From the IMG/VR virus record IMGVR_UViG_2690316241_000020: a stretch of DNA of 19,417 nt; one strand, 5' to 3'. This stretch comes from a virus. Its lineage: Duplodnaviria > Heunggongvirae > Uroviricota > Caudoviricetes. Both the position numbers and the translations under genes were made by a program. Below the pieces are notes generated by a model that did no database searches, was not told the origin of the DNA, and saw only the letters and a list, made by a program, of their open reading frames with translations. Of this stretch, positions 7,390 through 14,942 are shown in pieces. How positions within the stretch are numbered: the stretch's first letter is position 1; the number at the start of each line of letters is the position of its first letter.

Positions 7390-8352
7390 ATGAGCAGCAA
7401 GCTTCATGGTCTTGTCTGGGAAGGGTGCGCCTTCACCGGCATGATCTTATCCAGGGTGGCGGTTATGGCCCGTCTTGCAGACTACAGCAATGACGAGGGC
7501 GTGTCATGGCCTGCCATTGAAACTATCCGGCGTCAGATCGGTGCAAGAAGTGAATCCACAGTGAAATCGGCTATTGCAGAACTGGCGAAAGAGGGCTGGC
7601 TGACGAAGGAAGAGCGTAAGGTCGGTGGGCGTAATGTAAGCAATATCTATCGGCTTAATGTGGAAAAACTCGAAGCAGCTGCGGCGGCGGCGCGTGAGTC
7701 ATATAAACCGAAAAGAAAAATTAGCCCGGCAAAAAATGACCCGTTAACAGTTGACCCGTCAAATATTGACCCCTCAACGGTTGACCCGTCAAATTTTGAT
7801 GGATCAACTGTTGATAAAAAACTGCCGATTAGGGGGGCGATGATTGACCCCGATCCGTCAGTATTAAAACCTGATCCGTCAGATAAAAGATCTTCTTGTC
7901 CGGACGCTTCGCAACCGGACCCGCAGACGGCTGAACAGGATTTTTTAACCCGACACCCTGACGCGGTTGTGTTCAGTGCGAAAAAACGCCAGTGGGGAAG
8001 TCAGGAAGATTTGGTGTGCGCACAGTGGATCTGGGGACGAATCGTGAGTCTTTACGAGCAGGCGGCCAGCGATGATGGCGAGATCACTAGACCGAAAGAA
8101 CCCAACTGGACAGCATGGGCCAATGACGTTCGCACAATGCGGATGCTGGATGGCAGAACTCACAGACAAATTTGTGAAATGTTTGGGCGTCTCCAGCGGG
8201 ATTCGTTCTGGGTAAAAAACATCATGAGTCCGGCAAAACTCCGGGAAAAATGGGATGAACTGGTTATCCGCCTGGGGCGTTCGCCCGCGCAGCGTTGCGT
8301 GAATCACATTTCTGAACCGGACACTGAAATACCGCCGGGATTCAGGGGGTGA
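7390..8352 (+). CDS. Replication initiator (lambda O-like / Rac YdaU-like) with N-terminal winged-helix DNA-binding region
   Basis: ATG at 7390 preceded by GGGGG (the track's GTG at 7375 is less likely). Position upstream of the DnaC-like gene. Contains an iteron array inside the coding sequence, as lambda ori does inside O. Confidence 0.7.
   Translation: MSSKLHGLVWEGCAFTGMILSRVAVMARLADYSNDEGVSWPAIETIRRQIGARSESTVKSAIAELAKEGWLTKEERKVGGRNVSNIYRLNVEKLEAAAAAARESYKPKRKISPAKNDPLTVDPSNIDPSTVDPSNFDGSTVDKKLPIRGAMIDPDPSVLKPDPSDKRSSCPDASQPDPQTAEQDFLTRHPDAVVFSAKKRQWGSQEDLVCAQWIWGRIVSLYEQAASDDGEITRPKEPNWTAWANDVRTMRMLDGRTHRQICEMFGRLQRDSFWVKNIMSPAKLREKWDELVIRLGRSPAQRCVNHISEPDTEIPPGFRG
7737..7811. repeat. 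Iteron array (four to five 15-bp direct repeats, core TGACCC(G/C)T(C/T)AA) inside the initiator gene; candidate origin
   Basis: TGACCCGTTAACAGT / TGACCCGTCAAATAT / TGACCCCTCAACGGT / TGACCCGTCAAATTT at exact 15-bp phasing from 7737, then a degenerate fifth unit and A-rich tract. Related TGACCCCGATCCGTCAG and TGATCCGTCAG follow at 7844-7880. Confidence 0.6.
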
Positions 8353-8358
8353 CGTGTC

Positions 8359-9099
8359 ATGAAAAACATTGCGGCAGTTGGGGTTCTTGAACGTATTCGC
8401 AGACTTGCACCACAGGGGGCGGTTCCACCGTACCGGACGGTGGAGGAGTGGCGGGAATGGCAACTTGCTGAAGGACGAAAACGCAGCGAGGAGATTAACC
8501 GCCTGAATCATCAGGTGCGGGTTGAAAAAATCCTGAACCGTGCGGGCATCCAGCCGCTTCACAGGAAGTGCTCATTCGGGAACTACCGGGTGCAGAACGA
8601 CGGTCAGCGCCATGCTCTGAGCCAGGCGAAATCCATTGCCGATGAATTGATGACCGGATGTACAAACTTCGTGTTCAGCGGTAAACCTGGTACCGGTAAA
8701 AATCACCTGGCAGCAGCGATTGGCAATCGGCTGATGGCGAAGGGGAGAAGCGTGATTATCGTCACCGTGTCCGATGTCATGAGCGTGTTGCATGACGGCT
8801 ACGACAACGGCCAGTCCGGGGAAAAATTTTTACAGGAGCTTTGTGGAGTTGACCTTCTGGTCCTTGATGAAATTGGCATGCAGCGGGATACGCGCAACGA
8901 GCAGGTCACGCTGAACCAGATAGTCGACCGCAGAACGGCTTCGATGCGTAGTGTCGGAATGCTGACGAACCTGAATCACGCAGCGATGAGCACACTCCTC
9001 GGAGATCGGGTGATGGACCGTATGACCATGAATGGTGGTCGTTGGGTGAATTTTAACTGGGAGAGCTGGCGGTCAAACGTTGGACGTCAGGGTATGTGA
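8359..9099 (+). CDS. DnaC-like helicase loader (IstB-like AAA+ ATPase)
   Basis: 246-aa ORF. Walker A GKPGTGKNHLAAAIG and Walker B DLLVLDEIG. Immediately downstream of the initiator gene. Confidence 0.85.
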   Translation: MKNIAAVGVLERIRRLAPQGAVPPYRTVEEWREWQLAEGRKRSEEINRLNHQVRVEKILNRAGIQPLHRKCSFGNYRVQNDGQRHALSQAKSIADELMTGCTNFVFSGKPGTGKNHLAAAIGNRLMAKGRSVIIVTVSDVMSVLHDGYDNGQSGEKFLQELCGVDLLVLDEIGMQRDTRNEQVTLNQIVDRRTASMRSVGMLTNLNHAAMSTLLGDRVMDRMTMNGGRWVNFNWESWRSNVGRQGM

Positions 9100-9124
9100 G
9101 AATTTTTGACGAGGTAAATTTTCG

Positions 9125-9895
9125 ATGGAAACTGTATTGCATGCACTGAAAGCGATGGGAAAAGCCAATTCTGTTGAACTGGCGGCGCGGCTTGATATCA
9201 GCCGTGAAGAAGTTCTTAACGAACTGTGGGAACTCAAAAAAAATGGCGTTGTTGATAAAACGGGTCACACCTGGTTTCTGGCTGTCGAAGGTGAAGCCGG
9301 GGTAGCCGAAGGGCAGGCACTACAACCTGAAGCGCCGGATGTGGTAACCGAAGAGGTCGCTCCAAAAGTTACCGCAGACATGATGGTTGAGTTTATCGGT
9401 CAGGATGGTGCTAAAACGTGTGAGGAACTGGCGGGTAAGTTCGGTGTCAGTACTCGCAAGGTTGCTTCCACGCTGGCGGTGGTAACCGCAACGGGGCGGC
9501 TGGCACGCGTTAATCAGAACGGTAGATTTCGTTACTGCATGCCGGGCGATAATTTACCAGCAGAGCCGAAAGCCGCGCTGGTAACGGAAAATGATGGTAA
9601 GGCCTTTCCTCAGCCAGCAGGTGCTGCGTTACCAGTCCGGGAAGCCGCAACACAGGAAGAAATAAAAACTGAAAGTGTGGCGGTCACAGTGCAGTCACAG
9701 CCGTTGTTCACCAGAAAACATCCGGATGGTCTGATTTTACCATCGCTGCATGTGGCTAACCGCGAGCTGCGCCGGGCAAAAGGTCAGGTTCAGAAGTGGG
9801 AGCGTGTCTGCGCCGCGCTGCGGGAGCTGAATAAACACCGGGATATTTTCAGTTCGATTGCTGATATTCCGGTTCATTCACCGACAACAAAGTGA
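9125..9895 (+). CDS. Hypothetical phage protein (256 aa), possible N-terminal winged-helix
   Basis: ATG at 9125 with GAGGTAA Shine-Dalgarno. No recognised catalytic motif. Confidence 0.6.
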   Translation: METVLHALKAMGKANSVELAARLDISREEVLNELWELKKNGVVDKTGHTWFLAVEGEAGVAEGQALQPEAPDVVTEEVAPKVTADMMVEFIGQDGAKTCEELAGKFGVSTRKVASTLAVVTATGRLARVNQNGRFRYCMPGDNLPAEPKAALVTENDGKAFPQPAGAALPVREAATQEEIKTESVAVTVQSQPLFTRKHPDGLILPSLHVANRELRRAKGQVQKWERVCAALRELNKHRDIFSSIADIPVHSPTTK

Positions 9896-9910
9896 TCTCC
9901 GGAGGTGCTT

Positions 9911-10333
9911 ATGACAAGAGCATTTACACCAGAAGAGCGGGAAAAAATTAAGGGGCTGATCGTGGAATTCGTACGCCTTAACGGACGAGGCACGATTCGG
10001 CAGTTATCGGATGAAATTGGTGTCAGTCATGCGTCTGTCGGTCGTTTATGCATGGAGCTGGCCGCCAGTGGTGATGTTTACAATTCCGGTTACGGAGTAT
10101 TCCCGTCTGAGCAGGCGCGCAAGGACTGGCAAAACGCCCGCAAAAAACTCTCAAGGGCAAAGCTGAAGAAACCATCTGTGGTTGATCCGGACCTTATCTG
10201 GCTATTACCAGACGGCGAAATACGCCGCTACGACAGGCGCCTAAACATAATCTGTCGCGAGTGCCGGAAGAGTGAAGCTATGCAGCGTGTACTGGCTTTC
10301 TATCAGGGTAATTTTCAGGAGACGGTACTGTGA
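9911..10333 (+). CDS. Hypothetical phage protein (140 aa)
   Basis: ATG at 9911 preceded by GGAGGTG; the track start at 9905 is a GTG two codons upstream. C-terminal CxxC (CRECRK). Confidence 0.6.
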   Translation: MTRAFTPEEREKIKGLIVEFVRLNGRGTIRQLSDEIGVSHASVGRLCMELAASGDVYNSGYGVFPSEQARKDWQNARKKLSRAKLKKPSVVDPDLIWLLPDGEIRRYDRRLNIICRECRKSEAMQRVLAFYQGNFQETVL

Positions 10334-10390
10334 GTGAAATTAGCTATCAGGCTTCAATTACCGCTGGCATTCGCATCAAAGGAGAGGAGC

Positions 10391-10747
10391 ATGGAAATAA
10401 AACCAGAGGATGAGTTAAGCAATATCGTTTTATTTCCGGTAAAAGAGGATGACCCTCGTAATCAGGTTAATTTTCTTTATGAGCCATCGGAAAGACCATA
10501 TTGTCATCACGCCTCTGTCCGGGTTGACGAAAAAGAGCGTCAGGTCCGCTGTAAAATCTGCGGTGCAGTTGTGGAGCCATTTGACTGGATGCTCTCTGTG
10601 GCGAAAAGAGAAACCAGGCTGGCAGATGATGTAAAGCTATTGCGCCAGGAGGAACAGGAAAGGCGGAAAAATATAGAAAAGTTAATTCAGATTGAGCGTA
10701 ACGCGAAAGCGCGGATACGCAGGGTGACAAAATCCAGAACTGAATAA
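10391..10747 (+). CDS. Hypothetical protein (118 aa) with Cys/His cluster
   Basis: ATG at 10391 with strong GGAGAGGAG Shine-Dalgarno; the track's 10334 start is a GTG with no ribosome-binding site. Motif CHH...CKICG suggests a zinc-binding element. Confidence 0.55.
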   Translation: MEIKPEDELSNIVLFPVKEDDPRNQVNFLYEPSERPYCHHASVRVDEKERQVRCKICGAVVEPFDWMLSVAKRETRLADDVKLLRQEEQERRKNIEKLIQIERNAKARIRRVTKSRTE

Positions 10748-10797
10748 ATAAATTTAGCGCTGTAAATAAAATCTAATCCTTAACTGGAGGTATATTT

Positions 10798-11010
10798 ATG
10801 TTAAATACACAGAAAGCCATTAATGCGGAAAAATATAACGAGTGGGCAAGAAAATTCTCTGAGCAGATTTTTAAAATTACTGGCGATGAGAATGCGGCAA
10901 AAAATGAATTAGAACCGTGGACGCCTGAAGGAGCCGACCCAAATTATTGCTGGAGGGAGGTTGATCCAGTTGATGCTGCAAATGAAGCTATGAGTTATTA
11001 CAACGATTAA
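10798..11010 (+). CDS. Hypothetical small protein (70 aa)
   Basis: ATG at 10798 with GGAGGT Shine-Dalgarno; followed by a GAAA-tetraloop hairpin at 11021-11036. Confidence 0.55.
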   Translation: MLNTQKAINAEKYNEWARKFSEQIFKITGDENAAKNELEPWTPEGADPNYCWREVDPVDAANEAMSYYND

Positions 11011-11261
11011 TGTCAGGAGGCCGCCCGAAAGGGCGGTAATGAATGGTCACATTATTTAGAAAAAATATCCGCGAAAGAGTAGAACAACAGAATTTCTGTT
11101 TCTCATTCTGTTTATCGTGTTGATGATACCGATATCCCCGTTAATCCTAGTCTGGATAATCGGAAAAATAATTGAGCCAGTTATTGAATTGTATAACGAC
11201 GTGGTATGGGCGTCATTCAACACACTGCACAATAAAATTAATCCGTATAAGGAAAACTGAT

Positions 11262-11525
11262 ATGGCAACTTTGACAAAAAAAGAACGGGCATGGTTGAAC
11301 GAATTACAGGAAGTTCTTGATCGCTGTCCATCACCGAAAAAAATTGGCTTTTACACCATTGGCGATAAAAGCATTTACCTGTATGACCTACGCCGCATGG
11401 ATGAAATCATGGAGGCTCTTGATAATCGTTCGTCGATGGATTGGTGTGTTGCTGTTCATGATATGAATGCAGGGTTTGATGAAAAGATTTTGTTCCCCTC
11501 ATCAGTTGAAAGCACTGCGGGTTAA
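11262..11525 (+). CDS. Hypothetical protein (87 aa)
   Basis: ATG at 11262 with AAGGAAA upstream. The track ORF from 11172 is an in-frame extension without a ribosome-binding site. Confidence 0.5.
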   Translation: MATLTKKERAWLNELQEVLDRCPSPKKIGFYTIGDKSIYLYDLRRMDEIMEALDNRSSMDWCVAVHDMNAGFDEKILFPSSVESTAG

Positions 11526-11535
11526 GGAGTAACAC

Positions 11536-12438
11536 ATGACCACTATTACCAAAGAACGTATTGAATTGTTCATTAAAAATCCGCTTGAAAACGGGCTTAC
11601 CCGTGGTGAACAAATGGAACTGGCACGGATTGCGCTGGCATCGCTGGAAGCAGATCCAGTTAAACGAGTTAACTCAGATCAGATGCGCCGAGTCTGCTTA
11701 GAAGCTAATCGCCATTTAGATAAATATGACGCGATGGCGAAAGAGGTAAATAAGTTGCTTGGACGCATCGCCCCGCCAGCGCCGGTAGTGCCGGAAGAAG
11801 CAACTCCGGAAAACGTAGAAATGCTCTCTGGCTATGTTTCCACGTACAAATTAACCGATAGCGAGCGCGATATTGCTGCCGAAATATGGAACGCCTGCCG
11901 CACCGCCATGCTTCAGTCCGGAAACTTTCGGGAAAGCAAGAATTCGTCAACCAATAATTTTCGGGAAATCCCGGAAGCGTCAACCAGCTCTCCGGTAACT
12001 CCGGCTCTTCTGCCTGGTGGTTTCACCATTGAGGAGGCGAAGGAATTACATGAAGACCTGGTACGCAGCCACATAAGCAAGGCCTTAAGTGGCGAAAAGA
12101 TGAAAAAGAAAGATCGCGATGCTGATTTGCGCTGGATTCATGGCGTTATAGTTCAGGCAGCGTGGTTTGTAAAAGCATCACTGGAGCAGAATGCACTATC
12201 GGGCAACTATCCGGTAACTCCGGATAGTTGGATAAGCTGTAGTGAGCGAATGCCGGATACCAAAACAGCCGTTCTTGTTGCCAGGGAGTTTGACAGGAAA
12301 GGTGACTGGCGAATGAAATGGGCTACTTACATCCCGGGGCATCCTGACGCTAATGATGGGTGGATAATTCCTGGTGCGTCGTGGAAACCGTCACACTGGA
12401 TGCCGCTACCAGAACCGCCGCAGGAGGTGCGCCAATGA
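11536..12438 (+). CDS. Hypothetical phage protein with C-terminal DUF551-like W/H-rich motif
   Basis: 300-aa ORF, ATG at 11536 with AAGGAG Shine-Dalgarno. C-terminus ...GWIIPGASWKPSHWMPLPEPP resembles the DUF551 signature common in enterobacterial prophages (recalled). Confidence 0.6.
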   Translation: MTTITKERIELFIKNPLENGLTRGEQMELARIALASLEADPVKRVNSDQMRRVCLEANRHLDKYDAMAKEVNKLLGRIAPPAPVVPEEATPENVEMLSGYVSTYKLTDSERDIAAEIWNACRTAMLQSGNFRESKNSSTNNFREIPEASTSSPVTPALLPGGFTIEEAKELHEDLVRSHISKALSGEKMKKKDRDADLRWIHGVIVQAAWFVKASLEQNALSGNYPVTPDSWISCSERMPDTKTAVLVAREFDRKGDWRMKWATYIPGHPDANDGWIIPGASWKPSHWMPLPEPPQEVRQ

Positions 12439-12518
12439 TCTGGCCTGAAGCCTTTGCAATTACAGGCGTTGCTATAGCTATTGATTTTTTAGTATATGTT
12501 ATTTGTCGGTGGGGGTAA
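12435..12518 (+). CDS. Candidate 27-aa hydrophobic micro-protein
   Basis: ATG at 12435 overlapping the upstream stop (ATGA) with AGGAGG six nt upstream. Encodes MIWPEAFAITGVAIAIDFLVYVICRWG, one predicted TM helix. Below the ORF-track cutoff. Confidence 0.4.
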   Translation: MIWPEAFAITGVAIAIDFLVYVICRWG

Positions 12519-12553
12519 AAACGTTCGCCGGGATTCACACCAAAGGAGGGAAT

Positions 12554-12658
12554 ATGTCGGATGATATTTCACTGGCAATGGAAGGTGCGCTGGCTGTTAT
12601 TGCTGTTGTGGGCGTTTACTGCCTGGTTGTGTTTTTGATGGATCGACTAGGGAACTGA
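12554..12658 (+). CDS. Candidate 34-aa hydrophobic micro-protein
   Basis: ATG at 12554 with AAGGAGGG Shine-Dalgarno. Encodes MSDDISLAMEGALAVIAVVGVYCLVVFLMDRLGN, one predicted TM helix. A 22-bp perfect palindrome follows at 12667-12688. Confidence 0.4.
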   Translation: MSDDISLAMEGALAVIAVVGVYCLVVFLMDRLGN

Positions 12659-12903
12659 ATTCATTACGATATGGGAATTCCCATATCGGGTAAAAACGGT
12701 TTGCGGTAAAGCGAGAGTTAAGTAGAATTGCTGCGGGTGCTTGAGGCTATCTGCCTCGGGCATGCCACCGTAAGGCAGACAGAGAAAAGCCCCAGTTAAC
12801 ATTACGCGTCCGGCAAGACGCTTAACATTAATCTGAGGCCATATCTATGCTCTACACACGTAGGTTAGCCTCTTACGTGCCGAAAGGCAAGGAGAAGCAG
12901 GCT

Positions 12904-13059
12904 ATGAAGCAGCAAAAGGCGATGTTAATCGCCCTGATCGTCATCTGTTTAACCGTCATAGTGACGGCACTGGTAACGAGGAAAGACCTCTGCGAGGTAC
13001 GAATCCGAACCGGTCAGACGGAGGTCGCTGTCTTCACAGCTTACGAACCTGAGGAGTAA
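12904..13059 (+). CDS. hok: Hok-family type I toxin (HokD/RelF- or HokC/Gef-like)
   Basis: 51 aa MKQQKAMLIALIVICLTVIVTALVTRKDLCEVRIRTGQTEVAVFTAYEPEE, matching the Hok/Gef family as I recall it. ATG at 12904 with AAGGAGAAG Shine-Dalgarno. The track ORF from 12847 is an in-frame upstream extension. Confidence 0.85.
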   Translation: MKQQKAMLIALIVICLTVIVTALVTRKDLCEVRIRTGQTEVAVFTAYEPEE

Positions 13060-13126
13060 GAGACCAGGCGGGGGAGAATCCCTCGCCACCTCTGATGTGT
13101 CAGGCATCCTCAACGCACCCGCACTT

Positions 13127-13153
13127 AACCCGCTTCGGCGGGTTTTGTTTTTT
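13127..13153 (+). terminator. Intrinsic terminator of the hok transcript
   Basis: Stem AACCCGC / GCGGGTT with TTCG loop, followed by TTTTGTTTTTT. Confidence 0.75.
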
Positions 13154-13225
13154 CCTAGCATTCTGGTTTACAATTCGCACGCCAGCCTGAACAACTGGCA
13201 CCTGCTGCGCCAGCAGAGACAACCG

Positions 13226-13504
13226 ATGGCGCACGATACCAAATTACACAATTCTGATGATTCTGCCGTCTTTGCCAGCAGGCACGGGCGGCGTTCCCGC
13301 ACTTTCAAATCTGACTGGTTCCAGCATCCCCCATGCACTGAAGAACAGGCCGAGTGGCTAATTCAGTGCTACCGCAGACACGGATACGAGATTAAGAAAG
13401 CCCTCAGCCTCGATTATCGTCACTGGATAATCTCCGTCAGGCTTCCTTACTCCGAGCGCCCACCGCGTCCGTCCCGCACATTCCAGCAACGCATCTGGAG
13501 GTAA
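13226..13504 (+). CDS. Hypothetical protein (92 aa)
   Basis: ATG at 13226, chosen because the track's longer ORF from 13097 would span the hok terminator. Weak ribosome-binding site. Stop at 13502-13504 abuts the next gene. Confidence 0.45.
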   Translation: MAHDTKLHNSDDSAVFASRHGRRSRTFKSDWFQHPPCTEEQAEWLIQCYRRHGYEIKKALSLDYRHWIISVRLPYSERPPRPSRTFQQRIWR

Positions 13505-13505
13505 C

Positions 13506-14555
13506 GTGCGGGTATTACTTCGACCTGTTCTGGTACCGGAACTCGGGCTGGTGATCGTTAAGCCGGGCCGTGAATCCATGCCGGTATTCCACAATACCCG
13601 GGTACTGGTGGAGCCGGAACCGAAAAGCATGCGTAATCTGCCGTCCGGGGTTGTTCCTGCCGTTCACCAGCCGCTAGTGGAAGACAAAACATTGCTGCCG
13701 TTTTTCAGTAACGCACGGGTGATTCGTGCTGCTGGTGGTGCTGGTGCATTGTCTGACTGGCTGTTGCGCCATATTAAATCCTGCCAGTGGCCACACGGCG
13801 ATTATCATCACAGCGAAACCGTCATTCACCGTTATGGTACCGGCGCAATGGTGTTGTGCTGGCACTGCGACAACCAGCTGCGTGACCAGACATCCGAATC
13901 ACTCGAGCAACTTGCTCATCAAAACCTGTCAGCATGGATGATTGACGTCATCGGTCACGCAATAAGCGGTACGCAGGAGCGTGAATTATCTCTGGCTGAA
14001 TTATCCTGGTGGGCGGTCTGCAATCAGGTGGCGGACGCGCTTCCGGAGGCAGTATTACGTCGTTCTCTGGGGTTACGTGCGGAAAAAATCCGCCCCTTGT
14101 ACCGCGAAAGCGACATCGTACCGGGAGAGCAGACCGCCATCAGCATACTGAAACAGCGCACAAAAAATCTTGCGCCGCTGCCTCACGCCCACCAGCAACA
14201 GAACCCACCACAGGAAAAGACGGTGGTCAGCATTGCCGTTGATCCTGAGCCTCCGGAATCTTTCATGAAACGACCTAAACGTCGCCGCTGGGTTAACGAG
14301 AAATACACACGCTGGGTGAAGACTCAGCCGTGTGCGTGTTGTGGTAAGCCAGCCGACGATCCCCATCACCTGATTGGTCATGGTCAGGGCGGAATGGGGA
14401 CAAAATCTCACGATATTTTCACGCTACCGCTGTGTCGGGAGCATCACAACGAGCTTCATGCGGATCCGCTGGCGTTCGAAGAAAAGCATGGCTCTCAGGT
14501 TGATTTAATTTTTCGTTTTCTTGATCACGCCTTTGCAACTGGCGTGCTTGGGTAA
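13506..14555 (+). CDS. DUF968-like prophage protein with C-terminal HNH-like Cys/His motif (putative nuclease)
   Basis: 349-aa ORF, GTG at 13506 with GGAGG five nt upstream. C-terminal CACCGKPADDPHHLIGHGQGGMGTKSHDIFTLPLCREHHNELH is HNH-like. Sits upstream of rusA, where DUF968/YbcO-type genes lie in lambdoid nin regions. Confidence 0.6.
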   Translation: MRVLLRPVLVPELGLVIVKPGRESMPVFHNTRVLVEPEPKSMRNLPSGVVPAVHQPLVEDKTLLPFFSNARVIRAAGGAGALSDWLLRHIKSCQWPHGDYHHSETVIHRYGTGAMVLCWHCDNQLRDQTSESLEQLAHQNLSAWMIDVIGHAISGTQERELSLAELSWWAVCNQVADALPEAVLRRSLGLRAEKIRPLYRESDIVPGEQTAISILKQRTKNLAPLPHAHQQQNPPQEKTVVSIAVDPEPPESFMKRPKRRRWVNEKYTRWVKTQPCACCGKPADDPHHLIGHGQGGMGTKSHDIFTLPLCREHHNELHADPLAFEEKHGSQVDLIFRFLDHAFATGVLG

Positions 14556-14567
14556 AAGAGGTGACTG

Positions 14568-14942
14568 ATGCTCATAGATTTGGTTTTACCTTACCCGCCA
14601 ACGGTGAACACCTACTGGCGACGTCGTGGCAGCACATATTTTATCTCGGAGGAGGGAAAGCGTTATCGCCGGGCTGTGGCGCTTATTGTTCGCCAGCAGC
14701 GGCTGAAATTAATCCTGTCCGGAAGGCTGGCGATAAAGGTGATTGCAGAGCCACCGGATAAGCGTCGTCGCGACCTGGACAATATCCTGAAAGCACCGCT
14801 GGATGCGCTGACGCATGCGGGAGTGTTAATGGACGATGAGCAGTTTGATGAAATCAATATCGTTCGTGGTCAGCCAGTATCTGGTGGACGTCTGGGGGTG
14901 AAGATTTACCCCATAATGCTTGAAGGGCAGGTCAAAAAATGA
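14568..14942 (+). CDS. rusA: RusA Holliday-junction resolvase
   Basis: 124-aa ORF, ATG at 14568 with GAGGTG Shine-Dalgarno. Matches RusA features as recalled (N-terminal PYPPTVNTYWRR, central DKRRRDLDN, C-terminal GGRL). Confidence 0.9.
   Translation: MLIDLVLPYPPTVNTYWRRRGSTYFISEEGKRYRRAVALIVRQQRLKLILSGRLAIKVIAEPPDKRRRDLDNILKAPLDALTHAGVLMDDEQFDEINIVRGQPVSGGRLGVKIYPIMLEGQVKK

Noticed and set aside
6866-7407. Minus-strand ORFs 6866..7138 and 7024..7407 and plus ORF 7069..7275
   Set aside because: They overlap the coupled cro-like and YdaT-like plus-strand genes; the translations are Arg/Ser/Pro-rich nonsense.
7945-8793. Minus-strand ORFs 7945..8562 (205 aa) and 8572..8793
   Set aside because: They lie antisense to the initiator and DnaC-like genes, whose Walker motifs and coupling are unambiguous.
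13196-13210. Sigma-54-like -24/-12 motif TGGCAC-N5-TGCGC
   Set aside because: GG-N10-GC spacing fits, but the -12 element is poor (GCGC rather than TTGC) and there is no evidence of an enhancer-binding-protein context. Likely chance.
13097-13225. Longer start at 13097 for the 13226..13504 gene
   Set aside because: The extension would run through the hok intrinsic terminator (13127-13153) and has no ribosome-binding site.
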